Below, one piece after another: positions 15,591 through 22,682 of a stretch of 32,000 bases of DNA; the first letter of the stretch is position 1; every line of letters starts with the position of its first letter. The DNA lies in contig CP001848.1 in the NCBI GenBank assembly GCA_000025185.1, positions 2,400,001 through 2,432,000 of the forward strand, read 5' to 3'. The position numbers and the translations under genes were made by a program. This DNA is from Pirellula staleyi DSM 6068 (GTDB lineage Bacteria > Planctomycetota > Planctomycetia > Pirellulales > Pirellulaceae). Below the pieces are notes generated by a model, which ran no database searches, was not told where the DNA came from, and worked only from the letters and a program-made list of their open reading frames with translations.

Positions 15591-16790
15591 ATGTTCGTCG
15601 ATCGTGTGACAATTGAAGTGCAGGGGGGCCGTGGTGGCGACGGTTGCGTGAGCTTTCGTCGCGAAAAGTACGTTCCCAAAGGTGGCCCCGACGGCGGCGA
15701 CGGCGGCGATGGTGGCAGCGTGATTATTGTGGCCAAGTATGGCGTGAATAATCTGGCCTCCATGGCACATCACAAATTCTGGCGTGCCCCGAGCGGTAAC
15801 CATGGAAGTGGTTCGGGACGCTACGGCAAAGCTGCCGAAGATCTCATCATCGAAGTTCCCCCGGGAACGATCATCAGCGATGCTGCCGCAGGCTATGTAA
15901 TCAAAGATCTGGCCAACGATGGCGACACACTCATCGCTGCCAAAGGTGGTGGCGGTGGGCGAGGCAATCTGCGATTTAAGACCCCCACGAATCGCGCCCC
16001 GCGCGAAGCTACTCCTGGGGCCGAAGGTGAAAAGCGGCTGATCTCGCTCGAACTCAAAGTGATCGCCGACGTTGGTCTGGTGGGTAAGCCGAACGCTGGC
16101 AAAAGCACGCTGCTGTCGCGACTCACCCGCGCTCGTCCGCAGATCGCCGACTATCCATTTACTACCAAGCATCCGAACTTGGGAATGGTGCAAGTCGACG
16201 CCGATCGAACCTTCGTCATGGCCGATATCCCGGGTCTGATCGAAGGGGCTCACTCCGGCGCTGGGCTCGGTCATGAGTTCCTGCGTCACATCGAGCGTGC
16301 AGGGATTTTGGTCCATCTGGTCGAACCCTCTCCCACCGATGGAACTGATCCGCTCGACAATTTCCGCACGATTCGCTCGGAATTGAAACAGTACGACGTC
16401 AAGCTGTCGGAGCGTCCCGAGATCATTGTGGTCACCAAGGCCGAGCTTCCCAATGCGGAAGAGGTGCGGCAGATCATCGCCGCCGAAGCGGGGCTCCCTG
16501 TGCTGCTGATCAGTGCCGTGACAGGGCAGGGTCTCAACGAACTCACCCGCGCGATCACGCAAACCCTGGCCGAGCAAACGCAAAAGGTGGCCGCTGCTAC
16601 TGCTAAGTCGAAGTTCGTGCGACCTGTCTCGAACGAAGCGATTGCCGAGCATGGTTTGCACGCCGCCCAGCGCGAGCAGGATGACGCTCCAGCAGAGGAA
16701 GCTGCAGTGCCTGAAACTGCAGTGCCTGAAGCTGTGACGCCCGAAGTTCGCGCATCGGAAACAACCTCGCCGGATAGCGCCGAGTCATGA
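15591..16790 (+). CDS. obg: GTPase Obg/CgtA
   Basis: The N-terminus is MFVDRVTIEVQGGRGGDGCVSFRREKYVPKGGPDGGDGGDGGSV. G1 is GKPNAGKST and G3 is DIPGLIEGA. The TKAE element corresponds to the NKxD position. The C-terminus is a low-complexity acidic/Pro tail. Confidence 0.95.
   Translation: MFVDRVTIEVQGGRGGDGCVSFRREKYVPKGGPDGGDGGDGGSVIIVAKYGVNNLASMAHHKFWRAPSGNHGSGSGRYGKAAEDLIIEVPPGTIISDAAAGYVIKDLANDGDTLIAAKGGGGGRGNLRFKTPTNRAPREATPGAEGEKRLISLELKVIADVGLVGKPNAGKSTLLSRLTRARPQIADYPFTTKHPNLGMVQVDADRTFVMADIPGLIEGAHSGAGLGHEFLRHIERAGILVHLVEPSPTDGTDPLDNFRTIRSELKQYDVKLSERPEIIVVTKAELPNAEEVRQIIAAEAGLPVLLISAVTGQGLNELTRAITQTLAEQTQKVAAATAKSKFVRPVSNEAIAEHGLHAAQREQDDAPAEEAAVPETAVPEAVTPEVRASETTSPDSAES
16701..16745 (+). 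repeat. 3 x 15-nt tandem repeat encoding AAVPE-TAVPE-AVTPE in the Obg C-terminal tail
   Basis: GCTGCAGTGCCTGAA / ACTGCAGTGCCTGAA / GCTGTGACGCCCGAA, read directly. Confidence 0.8.
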
Positions 16791-17584
16791 GTGGCGGCGC
16801 GATGCTGGCGGCTGTGGACATCGGCAATTCGTCGACGAAAATCGGCTTGCTGGAGCTTCCCGTTGCTGCCGGTGTCGATGGTTCGATGCTGCCGCGTCAG
16901 CTGCTCGACTTTCCGACCGGTCAGCCACTCCCGGCCGCTGTTGCGGAGCGTTTGCTGTCAATCTCCGCGCCGCTGCGGTGGGAAATTGCGAGTGTGAATC
17001 GCGGCGGGACAGCCACTGTCGAGGCGTGGGTTCACGAGCATCGCCCGCAAGACACACTGCGTGTGCTCACTCGGCACGATCTCCCGATAGCGCTGCTGGT
17101 CGATCAGCCCGAGCGAGTGGGGCTCGACCGCATGTTGGTGGCGGTGGTGGCGAATCGCTTGCGAAGTCCGTCCCGTCCAGCAGTGGTGATTTGCGCTGGG
17201 ACAGCCGTCACGATGAACGTGGTGAATCGGCAGGGGGAGTTTCTCGGCGGCGCGATTCTGCCCGGCTTTCAGATGCAATCGCGGTCGCTGCGTGGCGGAA
17301 CCGATCAGCTGCCACTCACGGAAGTGATTCACGAGCAGCTGCCACCTCCGGCCATCGGTCGGAACACCGAAGAAGCGATTCGGAGCGGACTCTACTGGGG
17401 GATGGTCGGCGCGGTGCAGCAGCTGGTTGCTGAAACCGAGCGGACGCTTGGAGAGGCCCCCGAACTGTTTGTCACCGGAGGCGATCTCGATCGGCTCGCC
17501 GCGTTGTCGCTCGAGCAGGCCCGTTTTCTGCCGTCGATGGTGCTGCAAGGGATCGCCAGTTTGCATTTGCCTGCTGGGCATTAA
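16787..17584 (+). CDS. coaX: type III pantothenate kinase
   Basis: The ASKHA phosphate-1 motif is AAVDIGNSSTKIG. VGLDRM and FVTGGD motifs are also present. Length is about 260 aa. The ATG overlaps the obg stop (ATGA at 16787-16790); Met at 16802 is an alternative start. Confidence 0.8.
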   Translation: MSGGAMLAAVDIGNSSTKIGLLELPVAAGVDGSMLPRQLLDFPTGQPLPAAVAERLLSISAPLRWEIASVNRGGTATVEAWVHEHRPQDTLRVLTRHDLPIALLVDQPERVGLDRMLVAVVANRLRSPSRPAVVICAGTAVTMNVVNRQGEFLGGAILPGFQMQSRSLRGGTDQLPLTEVIHEQLPPPAIGRNTEEAIRSGLYWGMVGAVQQLVAETERTLGEAPELFVTGGDLDRLAALSLEQARFLPSMVLQGIASLHLPAGH

Positions 17585-17737
17585 GCCACTCGCTTTAACG
17601 GCCTGCTCGTTGCCGTCACCCACCTGGGAAAATGCCCCTGTGGTTGATATTCTGCTGCTAGTTCATCGCTGACCTGGATGTGGTCGTTCGGCTACGTCGT
17701 CTTGTCAGCTGCCCGCGCCTTCGACGGAGAGAATCTC

Positions 17738-19132
17738 ATGCCCCTTGCTGCTTCGAAAACTCTATCGCTCATCAAGGTTCTCAAGGGAATTGCCCCGCGG
17801 GAAGAACTTTCGCTGGCGGAATATCTCGGCTCCATTCCCAAGCTCGATTCGCTCAGCTCGCTCCCTTCGGGAACGCCGGTGCTGGTGCGTGGCGATGTCG
17901 ATGCCAAAGTCGGTGCGGAACTTGGCGAAGGAGACATTCGTCTTCGCAGCATGAAATCGACCCTGGAATTCGGCGTGAAGAAGGGTTTCAAACAGGTGAT
18001 TTTTGGTCACCTCGGACGGAAGCAAAAAGATAAGCCGATTGGCTCGCTGGCGAAGGTTGCCGCCCGAATCGGGAAGATTCTGGGGACCGAAGTGGCCCTC
18101 ATCACCGATTGGCTCGACGAAGCGACGTTCACCATTAAGCCAGCCGTCGAGGAGCAGATTGCAGCCGCCGCTCCGGGCAGCGTGCTGGTGCTCGAGAATG
18201 TGCGTGCCTACGACATCGAAACGGTGCTGTGGAAGGCCAAAGACGACGCTCTCGCACCGATTGCCGAAAACCTGACGACCCTTGCCAATTCGTTCGCCGA
18301 GCGGGTGGCCAAGGTGTATGTGAACGAGGCACTGTCGGCTGGCAGCCTCGACGCCAGCAGCACGATTATTCCCCTGGCGATGGAAAAGGTGGCCCTCGGC
18401 AACTACATCGCCAGCGAGTTTGAAGGTCCGATGATGGACTGCATGAAGGCCAAGATGGTGATCTTCAGCGGGATTAAGATCGACAAGCTCGACGACCTCG
18501 ATGCGATGATCCAGCGCGGCACGATCAGCACCATTATCTCGGCTGGTTCGCTCGCCATGGCCCTCAAGAAGGCCGACGCACAGCTGTCGGGTGGCGATTT
18601 CTGCCTCGGCGTGACCGAAGACCCAGCGCACAGCGACAAGCCATACTACATTCCGCCCGATCGCATCGAGCAAGCCAAGCGAATGATCGCGGCGGGCAAA
18701 GCGCAGGGAATTGAGTTCGTGTTGCCAGTCGATTTCAAACTGGCCGACGAAAGTGTCGTCACCACGATGAAGCCGGGGGATCAGCAGTTCGATATTGGTC
18801 CGGGAACGATCGCCCACTTCCAAGAGCGAATTGGCCAGTTTATTGCCGCCCAAGGTGGCAAGCCGGTGGGTGTGTTCCACAACGGCGTGTTTGGCATGTT
18901 CGAAGATCCACGCTTCGAAGCCGGCACGAAGGCCTTTATTGCCGAGCTGAACCGGATGACCAAGGCGGGGCTGAAGGTTTACGTCGGTGGTGGCGAAGGT
19001 GGAACCGCTCTCGAGCGCTACGGCCAGCCAGACTGGGTGACCCACTGCTTCACCGCTGGTGGAACGGTGCTGAATGCCCTGGGGAGTGAACCGGTGCCGT
19101 ATCTCGTGGCCCTACGTGCCGCCGCCAATTAA
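17738..19132 (+). CDS. phosphoglycerate kinase family protein, divergent (several signature motifs altered)
   Basis: It is collinear with PGK by eye: VLVRGDVD, GHLGRK, VLVLENVRA, FDIGPGT, NGVFGMFE, VGGGEGGTAL, FTAGGTVLNAL. The start is chosen at ATG 17738 (MPLAASK), which has GGAGAG upstream. The ORF-track start at 17678 adds 20 aa. Confidence 0.65.
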   Translation: MPLAASKTLSLIKVLKGIAPREELSLAEYLGSIPKLDSLSSLPSGTPVLVRGDVDAKVGAELGEGDIRLRSMKSTLEFGVKKGFKQVIFGHLGRKQKDKPIGSLAKVAARIGKILGTEVALITDWLDEATFTIKPAVEEQIAAAAPGSVLVLENVRAYDIETVLWKAKDDALAPIAENLTTLANSFAERVAKVYVNEALSAGSLDASSTIIPLAMEKVALGNYIASEFEGPMMDCMKAKMVIFSGIKIDKLDDLDAMIQRGTISTIISAGSLAMALKKADAQLSGGDFCLGVTEDPAHSDKPYYIPPDRIEQAKRMIAAGKAQGIEFVLPVDFKLADESVVTTMKPGDQQFDIGPGTIAHFQERIGQFIAAQGGKPVGVFHNGVFGMFEDPRFEAGTKAFIAELNRMTKAGLKVYVGGGEGGTALERYGQPDWVTHCFTAGGTVLNALGSEPVPYLVALRAAAN

Positions 19133-19204
19133 CCAACGCTTCGAACGCTGGCTCGGCTGATCGCTTTTCGATCGGCCCAGTAGTTCGGCGTGAATCTCGC
19201 TAGG

Positions 19205-19242
19205 AAAAAAAGGCCAGCTCCCCAGTGGGAGTTGGCCTTTTT
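19205..19242. terminator. bidirectional rho-independent terminator between convergent PGK-like and HPt genes
   Basis: AAAAAAA, then GGCCAGCTCCC (19212-22), loop CAGT, GGGAGTTGGCC (19227-37), then TTTTT. The 11-bp stem has one G-U pair and is flanked by an A-run and a T-run. Confidence 0.8.
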
Positions 19243-19264
19243 GTTGGGATCTCTGGAAGCTGGG

Positions 19265-19594
19265 TTATTGCGGCACGCCTGAGCGAACGCGGCTGCATAT
19301 ATCGACGAGTGTGGCTACAGCCGACTCGAGCGACGCGTCGTCGCTACCATGCCGGGCTAAGTCTTCGACAATCGCTGCTGGTTTGGTCATCTGATCAAAG
19401 CCGTGGCTGCCCCCAGCCCCTTTGATCTGATGGGCTAAGCGGCCCACTTCGGCCCAGTTTCTCTGCTGGGTTGCTGCGACGATGCCTTCAATACGCCGTG
19501 GAAGCTCTTCCACAAACATCTCCACGATCTCTGCCAAATCGGGATCATCGCCCAGCGATGAATAAAGAAGGGGACCCATAGTCAGGGCGGTCAT
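19265..19594 (-). CDS. stand-alone HPt (histidine phosphotransfer) domain protein
   Basis: 109 aa. The phospho-His motif is RLAHQIKGAGGSHGF (HxxKG....G), within a four-helix-bundle-sized protein. Confidence 0.85.
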   Translation of the reverse strand: MTALTMGPLLYSSLGDDPDLAEIVEMFVEELPRRIEGIVAATQQRNWAEVGRLAHQIKGAGGSHGFDQMTKPAAIVEDLARHGSDDASLESAVATLVDICSRVRSGVPQ

Positions 19595-20108
19595 TTGATA
19601 TTTCCTCAGTGCATGAAAGCGAACAAAGGGAGCGTCGGCTCGTTGGGGCAGAACTCGCAGACGCTGGCTGTGCTTGAAAACTACCTTACGAAACCTCCTG
19701 GGGCCGCTAGTGGGGGTGGCGTTCTCCTTGTCTTGCGCAAAGCCGCAAGCGGAAACCGCTCCCCGAGGGGTGCATGGGTGGGAAAATGCGGGCTATGCAT
19801 CAAATGCAAGTGATGCGTTGTGGTCTTACAACCGGCACTGTCGGCGCAGAAGTGTCAGCTTGTTTAAGCGGCCAGGGGGATTGGGGAAAATGAAAGTAAA
19901 AGTGCTGATTGGTGAAGAAGGGAAAGCTGCGGCGACGATAGCACTCTCCAGATCGGCAGCTTGAGTTGTCGGTTGGTCGCTCTGAGTTACACGCAACGGC
20001 CTATCGCATTTGCAACGCAATGCATCGCGAGGCCGGCGGTCCGGCGACTCGTTGTTTCGATGTTTCCGTTTCCGTCTCCCTCGTATTCCGGTTTTCAGGA
20101 GTTTTCCC

Positions 20109-20630
20109 ATGAAGAGTCGTGCTGTTGTTGCTGCGATCTTGGCTGCTGGTCTCGTGCTGTTCACCAGCGCCTCGGCCTCGGCTTTCGATCTCCTCGGTTG
20201 TGGTTGCGAAGCTGCCCCAGCTTGCTGTGCCCCAGCCCCCACTTGCTGCAAGCCAAGCCGCTGCTGCAAGCCAAAGTGCTGCCGCGTTCCACGTTGCTGC
20301 AAGCCAAAGTGCTGCAAGCCTGCTTGCGAGCCAACCTGTGGCGCTCCTGTGAGCTGCGCCGCTCCTGCTCCTACCTGTGCCGCTCCTGCTCCTAGCTGCG
20401 GTGCCGAACCAAGCTGCGCTGCTGCTCCTAGCTGCGGTTGCGAAGCTCCTAAGTGCTGCAAGCCAAAGTGCTGCCGTCAGCCACGCTGCTGCAAGCCAAA
20501 GTGCTGCAAGCCAGTTTGCTGCAAGCCAGCTTGCGAACCAAAGTGCTGCAAGCAACGCTGCTGCCGTCAGCCACGCTGCTGCAAGCCAGTTTGCTGCAAG
20601 CCAGCTTGCGAACCAACCTGCTGCGGTTAG
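20109..20630 (+). CDS. exported cysteine/proline-rich repeat protein (CC-K/R-x-x pentads; keratin-associated-protein-like composition)
   Basis: AGGAG at 20097-20101 sits 7 nt upstream of ATG 20109. The signal peptide is [25 protein letters not shown]|FD. The mature 148 aa contain 44 Cys and 27 Pro by hand count. A hairpin terminator lies downstream. The ORF-track start at 20010 adds an Arg-rich non-signal leader and is unlikely. Confidence 0.75.
   Translation: MKSRAVVAAILAAGLVLFTSASASAFDLLGCGCEAAPACCAPAPTCCKPSRCCKPKCCRVPRCCKPKCCKPACEPTCGAPVSCAAPAPTCAAPAPSCGAEPSCAAAPSCGCEAPKCCKPKCCRQPRCCKPKCCKPVCCKPACEPKCCKQRCCRQPRCCKPVCCKPACEPTCCG
20196..20627 (+). repeat. 15-nt-period coding tandem repeats (TGCTGCAAGCCANNN) in two duplicated blocks
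   Basis: Block A (about 20196-20340) and block B (about 20440-20627) both start G/S-CGCEA and end [10 protein letters not shown]. Near-identical stretches such as CCACGCTGCTGCAAGCCA(AAG/GTT)TGCTGCAAGCCAG recur. Confidence 0.85.
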
Positions 20631-20705
20631 TCTGATTCATCAAGTGTGCAACGCCTGACGCACCACACCACTGCGACACAGGTAACGCACACTACTCAGA
20701 AATAA

Positions 20706-20739
20706 GAAGCCCCCTGCATCATCAGCTGGGGGCTTCTTT
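20706..20739. terminator. hairpin terminator between the convergent Cys-rich gene and lipoprotein gene
   Basis: GAAGCCCCC (20706-14) and GGGGGCTTC (20728-36) form a perfect 9-bp stem. The stem is extendable by GC/GC around a 7-nt loop. TTT follows, and the upstream flank is A-rich. Confidence 0.6.
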
Positions 20740-20815
20740 ACGTTCTTGACCATGCGATTGGCGCATCGACCACTGAATCGGTCAGTCGTCTCCAAGGTTC
20801 CAGCACCTCAGGCCT

Positions 20816-21232
20816 CTAACGACCAGGTGCCGGACTTCCAATCACCAGCGGAATCGAGCCATCGCTCGTGGGATACTGCACCACCAGTGGGGTCGCTTGC
20901 GGCGACGTATAGATCGGTGGCAAGAAGAGTGGCACACCAATCGATTCGAGCGTGAAGCGATACTCGCCCGGTTCGAGCACGAGTGGCCCTTCTGCCCCCA
21001 ACTTCACCAGCTCGAAACTTCCATCGGCCCGGGTATCCCCAAAGCCGATCTTTGTCCAGCTGCCGTTCGTATTTTGGTGCACCGAGATCTGAATCTCGCT
21101 CACCGGACTTCCTTGAATCACCAGCGAGCCGGCTGTTCCACCTTCCACCGGTTGGGGACGACACCCGCCCATCGCCGCCAGTAGGATCGCACCGCCGATC
21201 AGGCCTAGTAACTTACGCTGCGCGCTAGTCAT
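20816..21232 (-). CDS. small lipoprotein with carboxypeptidase-regulatory/transthyretin-like beta-sandwich pattern
   Basis: 138 aa. The signal has a lipobox-like LLAAMGG|C. The pattern GSLVIQGSPVSEIQISVHQ....GFGDTRADGSFEL......LEPGEYRFTL is typical of CarboxypepD_reg-like domains. The ATG overlaps the PepSY gene stop (ATGA at 21229-21232). Confidence 0.7.
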   Translation of the reverse strand: MTSAQRKLLGLIGGAILLAAMGGCRPQPVEGGTAGSLVIQGSPVSEIQISVHQNTNGSWTKIGFGDTRADGSFELVKLGAEGPLVLEPGEYRFTLESIGVPLFLPPIYTSPQATPLVVQYPTSDGSIPLVIGSPAPGR

Positions 21233-22659
21233 CGTTTTCCCTCCGTGGCGAGCACTCCTGCGGAAAGTTCTTCCGCGGTGCTAACCACCGGCACACTGCC
21301 GGGCTCGTCGAGCGACAGCCATTTGCGAGCGGCTGGGATGCGGCGAAGCACGCTCCACTCCAGCAGCAGCACGACGACGAGCGAGAGGCCAAAGAGTGGC
21401 AAGTAGATTCCGAGCGCGAGAATCACGAGCGCCAAAACGGTCGACCAGCGACTCGCGGTGAGCGCTTTCGGGGCCCCGAGCGATCCGGCTTCGCGACGTC
21501 GCCACCACATCACCACACCGCTCGCCCCCAGCAGCACTAAACCGGCCGCTGTGAGCAGTCCCAGCAGTTGATTGAGCCGTCCAAATAGGGCCCCTTCATG
21601 CAGCGCGATCCCGTAGCCCACCACCTGATCGACCCAGTGGCGATCGGAAAAATCTTCGCGGCTGACGATCGCGCCGGTCGAGCTATCGACCACGATGGTG
21701 GTTCGCAGCGGACGATTGGCGGCCATCGATTTCACCGTCCAGTTGGTTCCTCCTCGCTGCGGCGGGCTGATCAGCACCGGATGGGCCAGGTTCAAACCAC
21801 GCGCCACTTCCGCCACGCGATTCACCCCGGCAAGATCGACCGGCTTGTCTTCGCCGCGATTGCCCCGAGCACCTGTGTGCCCCTCGTGATCGCCACTGCT
21901 GCGCCGCGCTGCACGTTTTTCACTGCCGTTGCTCCAGTCTTGCTGCGTCACGGCGGTGCCGGTCAGCTGCCGCATTGTGCGGAAGTAGTCTCCCCAGAAT
22001 TTCGACCACGGAAGACCACTCACCAGCAGCAAGATGGCAAAGGCCGAGATCCACATTCCGAACACGCCATGCAGATCGCGCCAGAAAATGTTCTTCGCCC
22101 CCAGCAGTCGCGGATAGAGGACCCCGCCGAGTCCTTTTGCGTTCCGCGGCCACCATAGGAACAACCCCGAGAGAAGCATCACCAAGGTCCACGATGCCGC
22201 GAGTTCGACGAGATACGACCCGCGATCTCCGAGCATCAATTCTCCGTGAATGCGAAAGATCAATCGCATGAATCGATCTTGCTCATGCACTTGATGAATC
22301 ACCGCCAGCGACGTGGGATGCACATAGCAGCGATCGGTAACGCCGTGCTGCTTCACTAGCACGCGCGCGGCCGAGGTGATGGTGCGAGGCAATTCGTAAC
22401 TTGCAAACGTTGCCTCGGGGTTGGCTTTCAGGGCCGCTTCAATTTGCGCATCGACCTCGCGCGGCGCAGCGATATCGGTCAAATGGTTTTGTGAATACTC
22501 GATCGCATCTTCGATCTCTTGCTTGAACAGATAGATCGCTCCACTGATCGAAAGCACGATGACAAAAGGGATGCAAAACAGTCCGGCATAAAAATGCCAG
22601 CGCCACACCGCTCGGTAGTCGGGCCACGAGCGGCGTGGCGTCGGTTGTAGATTCGTCAT
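21229..22659 (-). CDS. PepSY-associated TM-helix protein (PiuB/FoxB-like putative di-heme membrane reductase)
   Basis: 476 aa. The N-terminus AVWRWHFYAGLFCIPFVIVLSISG is diagnostic of the PepSY_TM family. There are four TM-proximal His motifs: RWHFYAG, RIHGELMLG, RDLHGVFG and IALHEGALFG. Periplasmic PepSY-like segments lie between the TM pairs. Confidence 0.85.
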   Translation of the reverse strand: MTNLQPTPRRSWPDYRAVWRWHFYAGLFCIPFVIVLSISGAIYLFKQEIEDAIEYSQNHLTDIAAPREVDAQIEAALKANPEATFASYELPRTITSAARVLVKQHGVTDRCYVHPTSLAVIHQVHEQDRFMRLIFRIHGELMLGDRGSYLVELAASWTLVMLLSGLFLWWPRNAKGLGGVLYPRLLGAKNIFWRDLHGVFGMWISAFAILLLVSGLPWSKFWGDYFRTMRQLTGTAVTQQDWSNGSEKRAARRSSGDHEGHTGARGNRGEDKPVDLAGVNRVAEVARGLNLAHPVLISPPQRGGTNWTVKSMAANRPLRTTIVVDSSTGAIVSREDFSDRHWVDQVVGYGIALHEGALFGRLNQLLGLLTAAGLVLLGASGVVMWWRRREAGSLGAPKALTASRWSTVLALVILALGIYLPLFGLSLVVVLLLEWSVLRRIPAARKWLSLDEPGSVPVVSTAEELSAGVLATEGKR

Positions 22660-22682
22660 GAGCCGTCAGCTTCGTGGAGAGT

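Noticed and set aside
19674-19964. 96-aa ORF (TTG start) in the long intergenic region, with a vaguely lipoprotein-like N-terminus (LVGVAFSLSC).
   Set aside because: It has a non-ATG start without an RBS, a poor lipobox (S-L-S-C) and Arg-rich low-information sequence afterwards. It is more likely non-coding promoter or UTR DNA.
20196-20627. Possible CRISPR-like or other non-coding repeat array.
   Set aside because: The period is 15 nt with no unique spacers, and the repeats are in-frame coding units. No cas genes are present.
19826-20679. Minus-strand ORFs across the Cys-repeat region (19826..20461, 211 aa; 20001..20555, 184 aa; 20449..20679), plus alternative plus-strand frames giving Ala/Leu/Gln-rich or 'AAS/QSA' repeats.
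   Set aside because: They are by-products of the stop-poor 15-nt repeat. Only the 20109..20630 frame has an AGGAG RBS, a canonical signal peptide and a terminator. This stays formally unproven until frame conservation is checked in orthologues.
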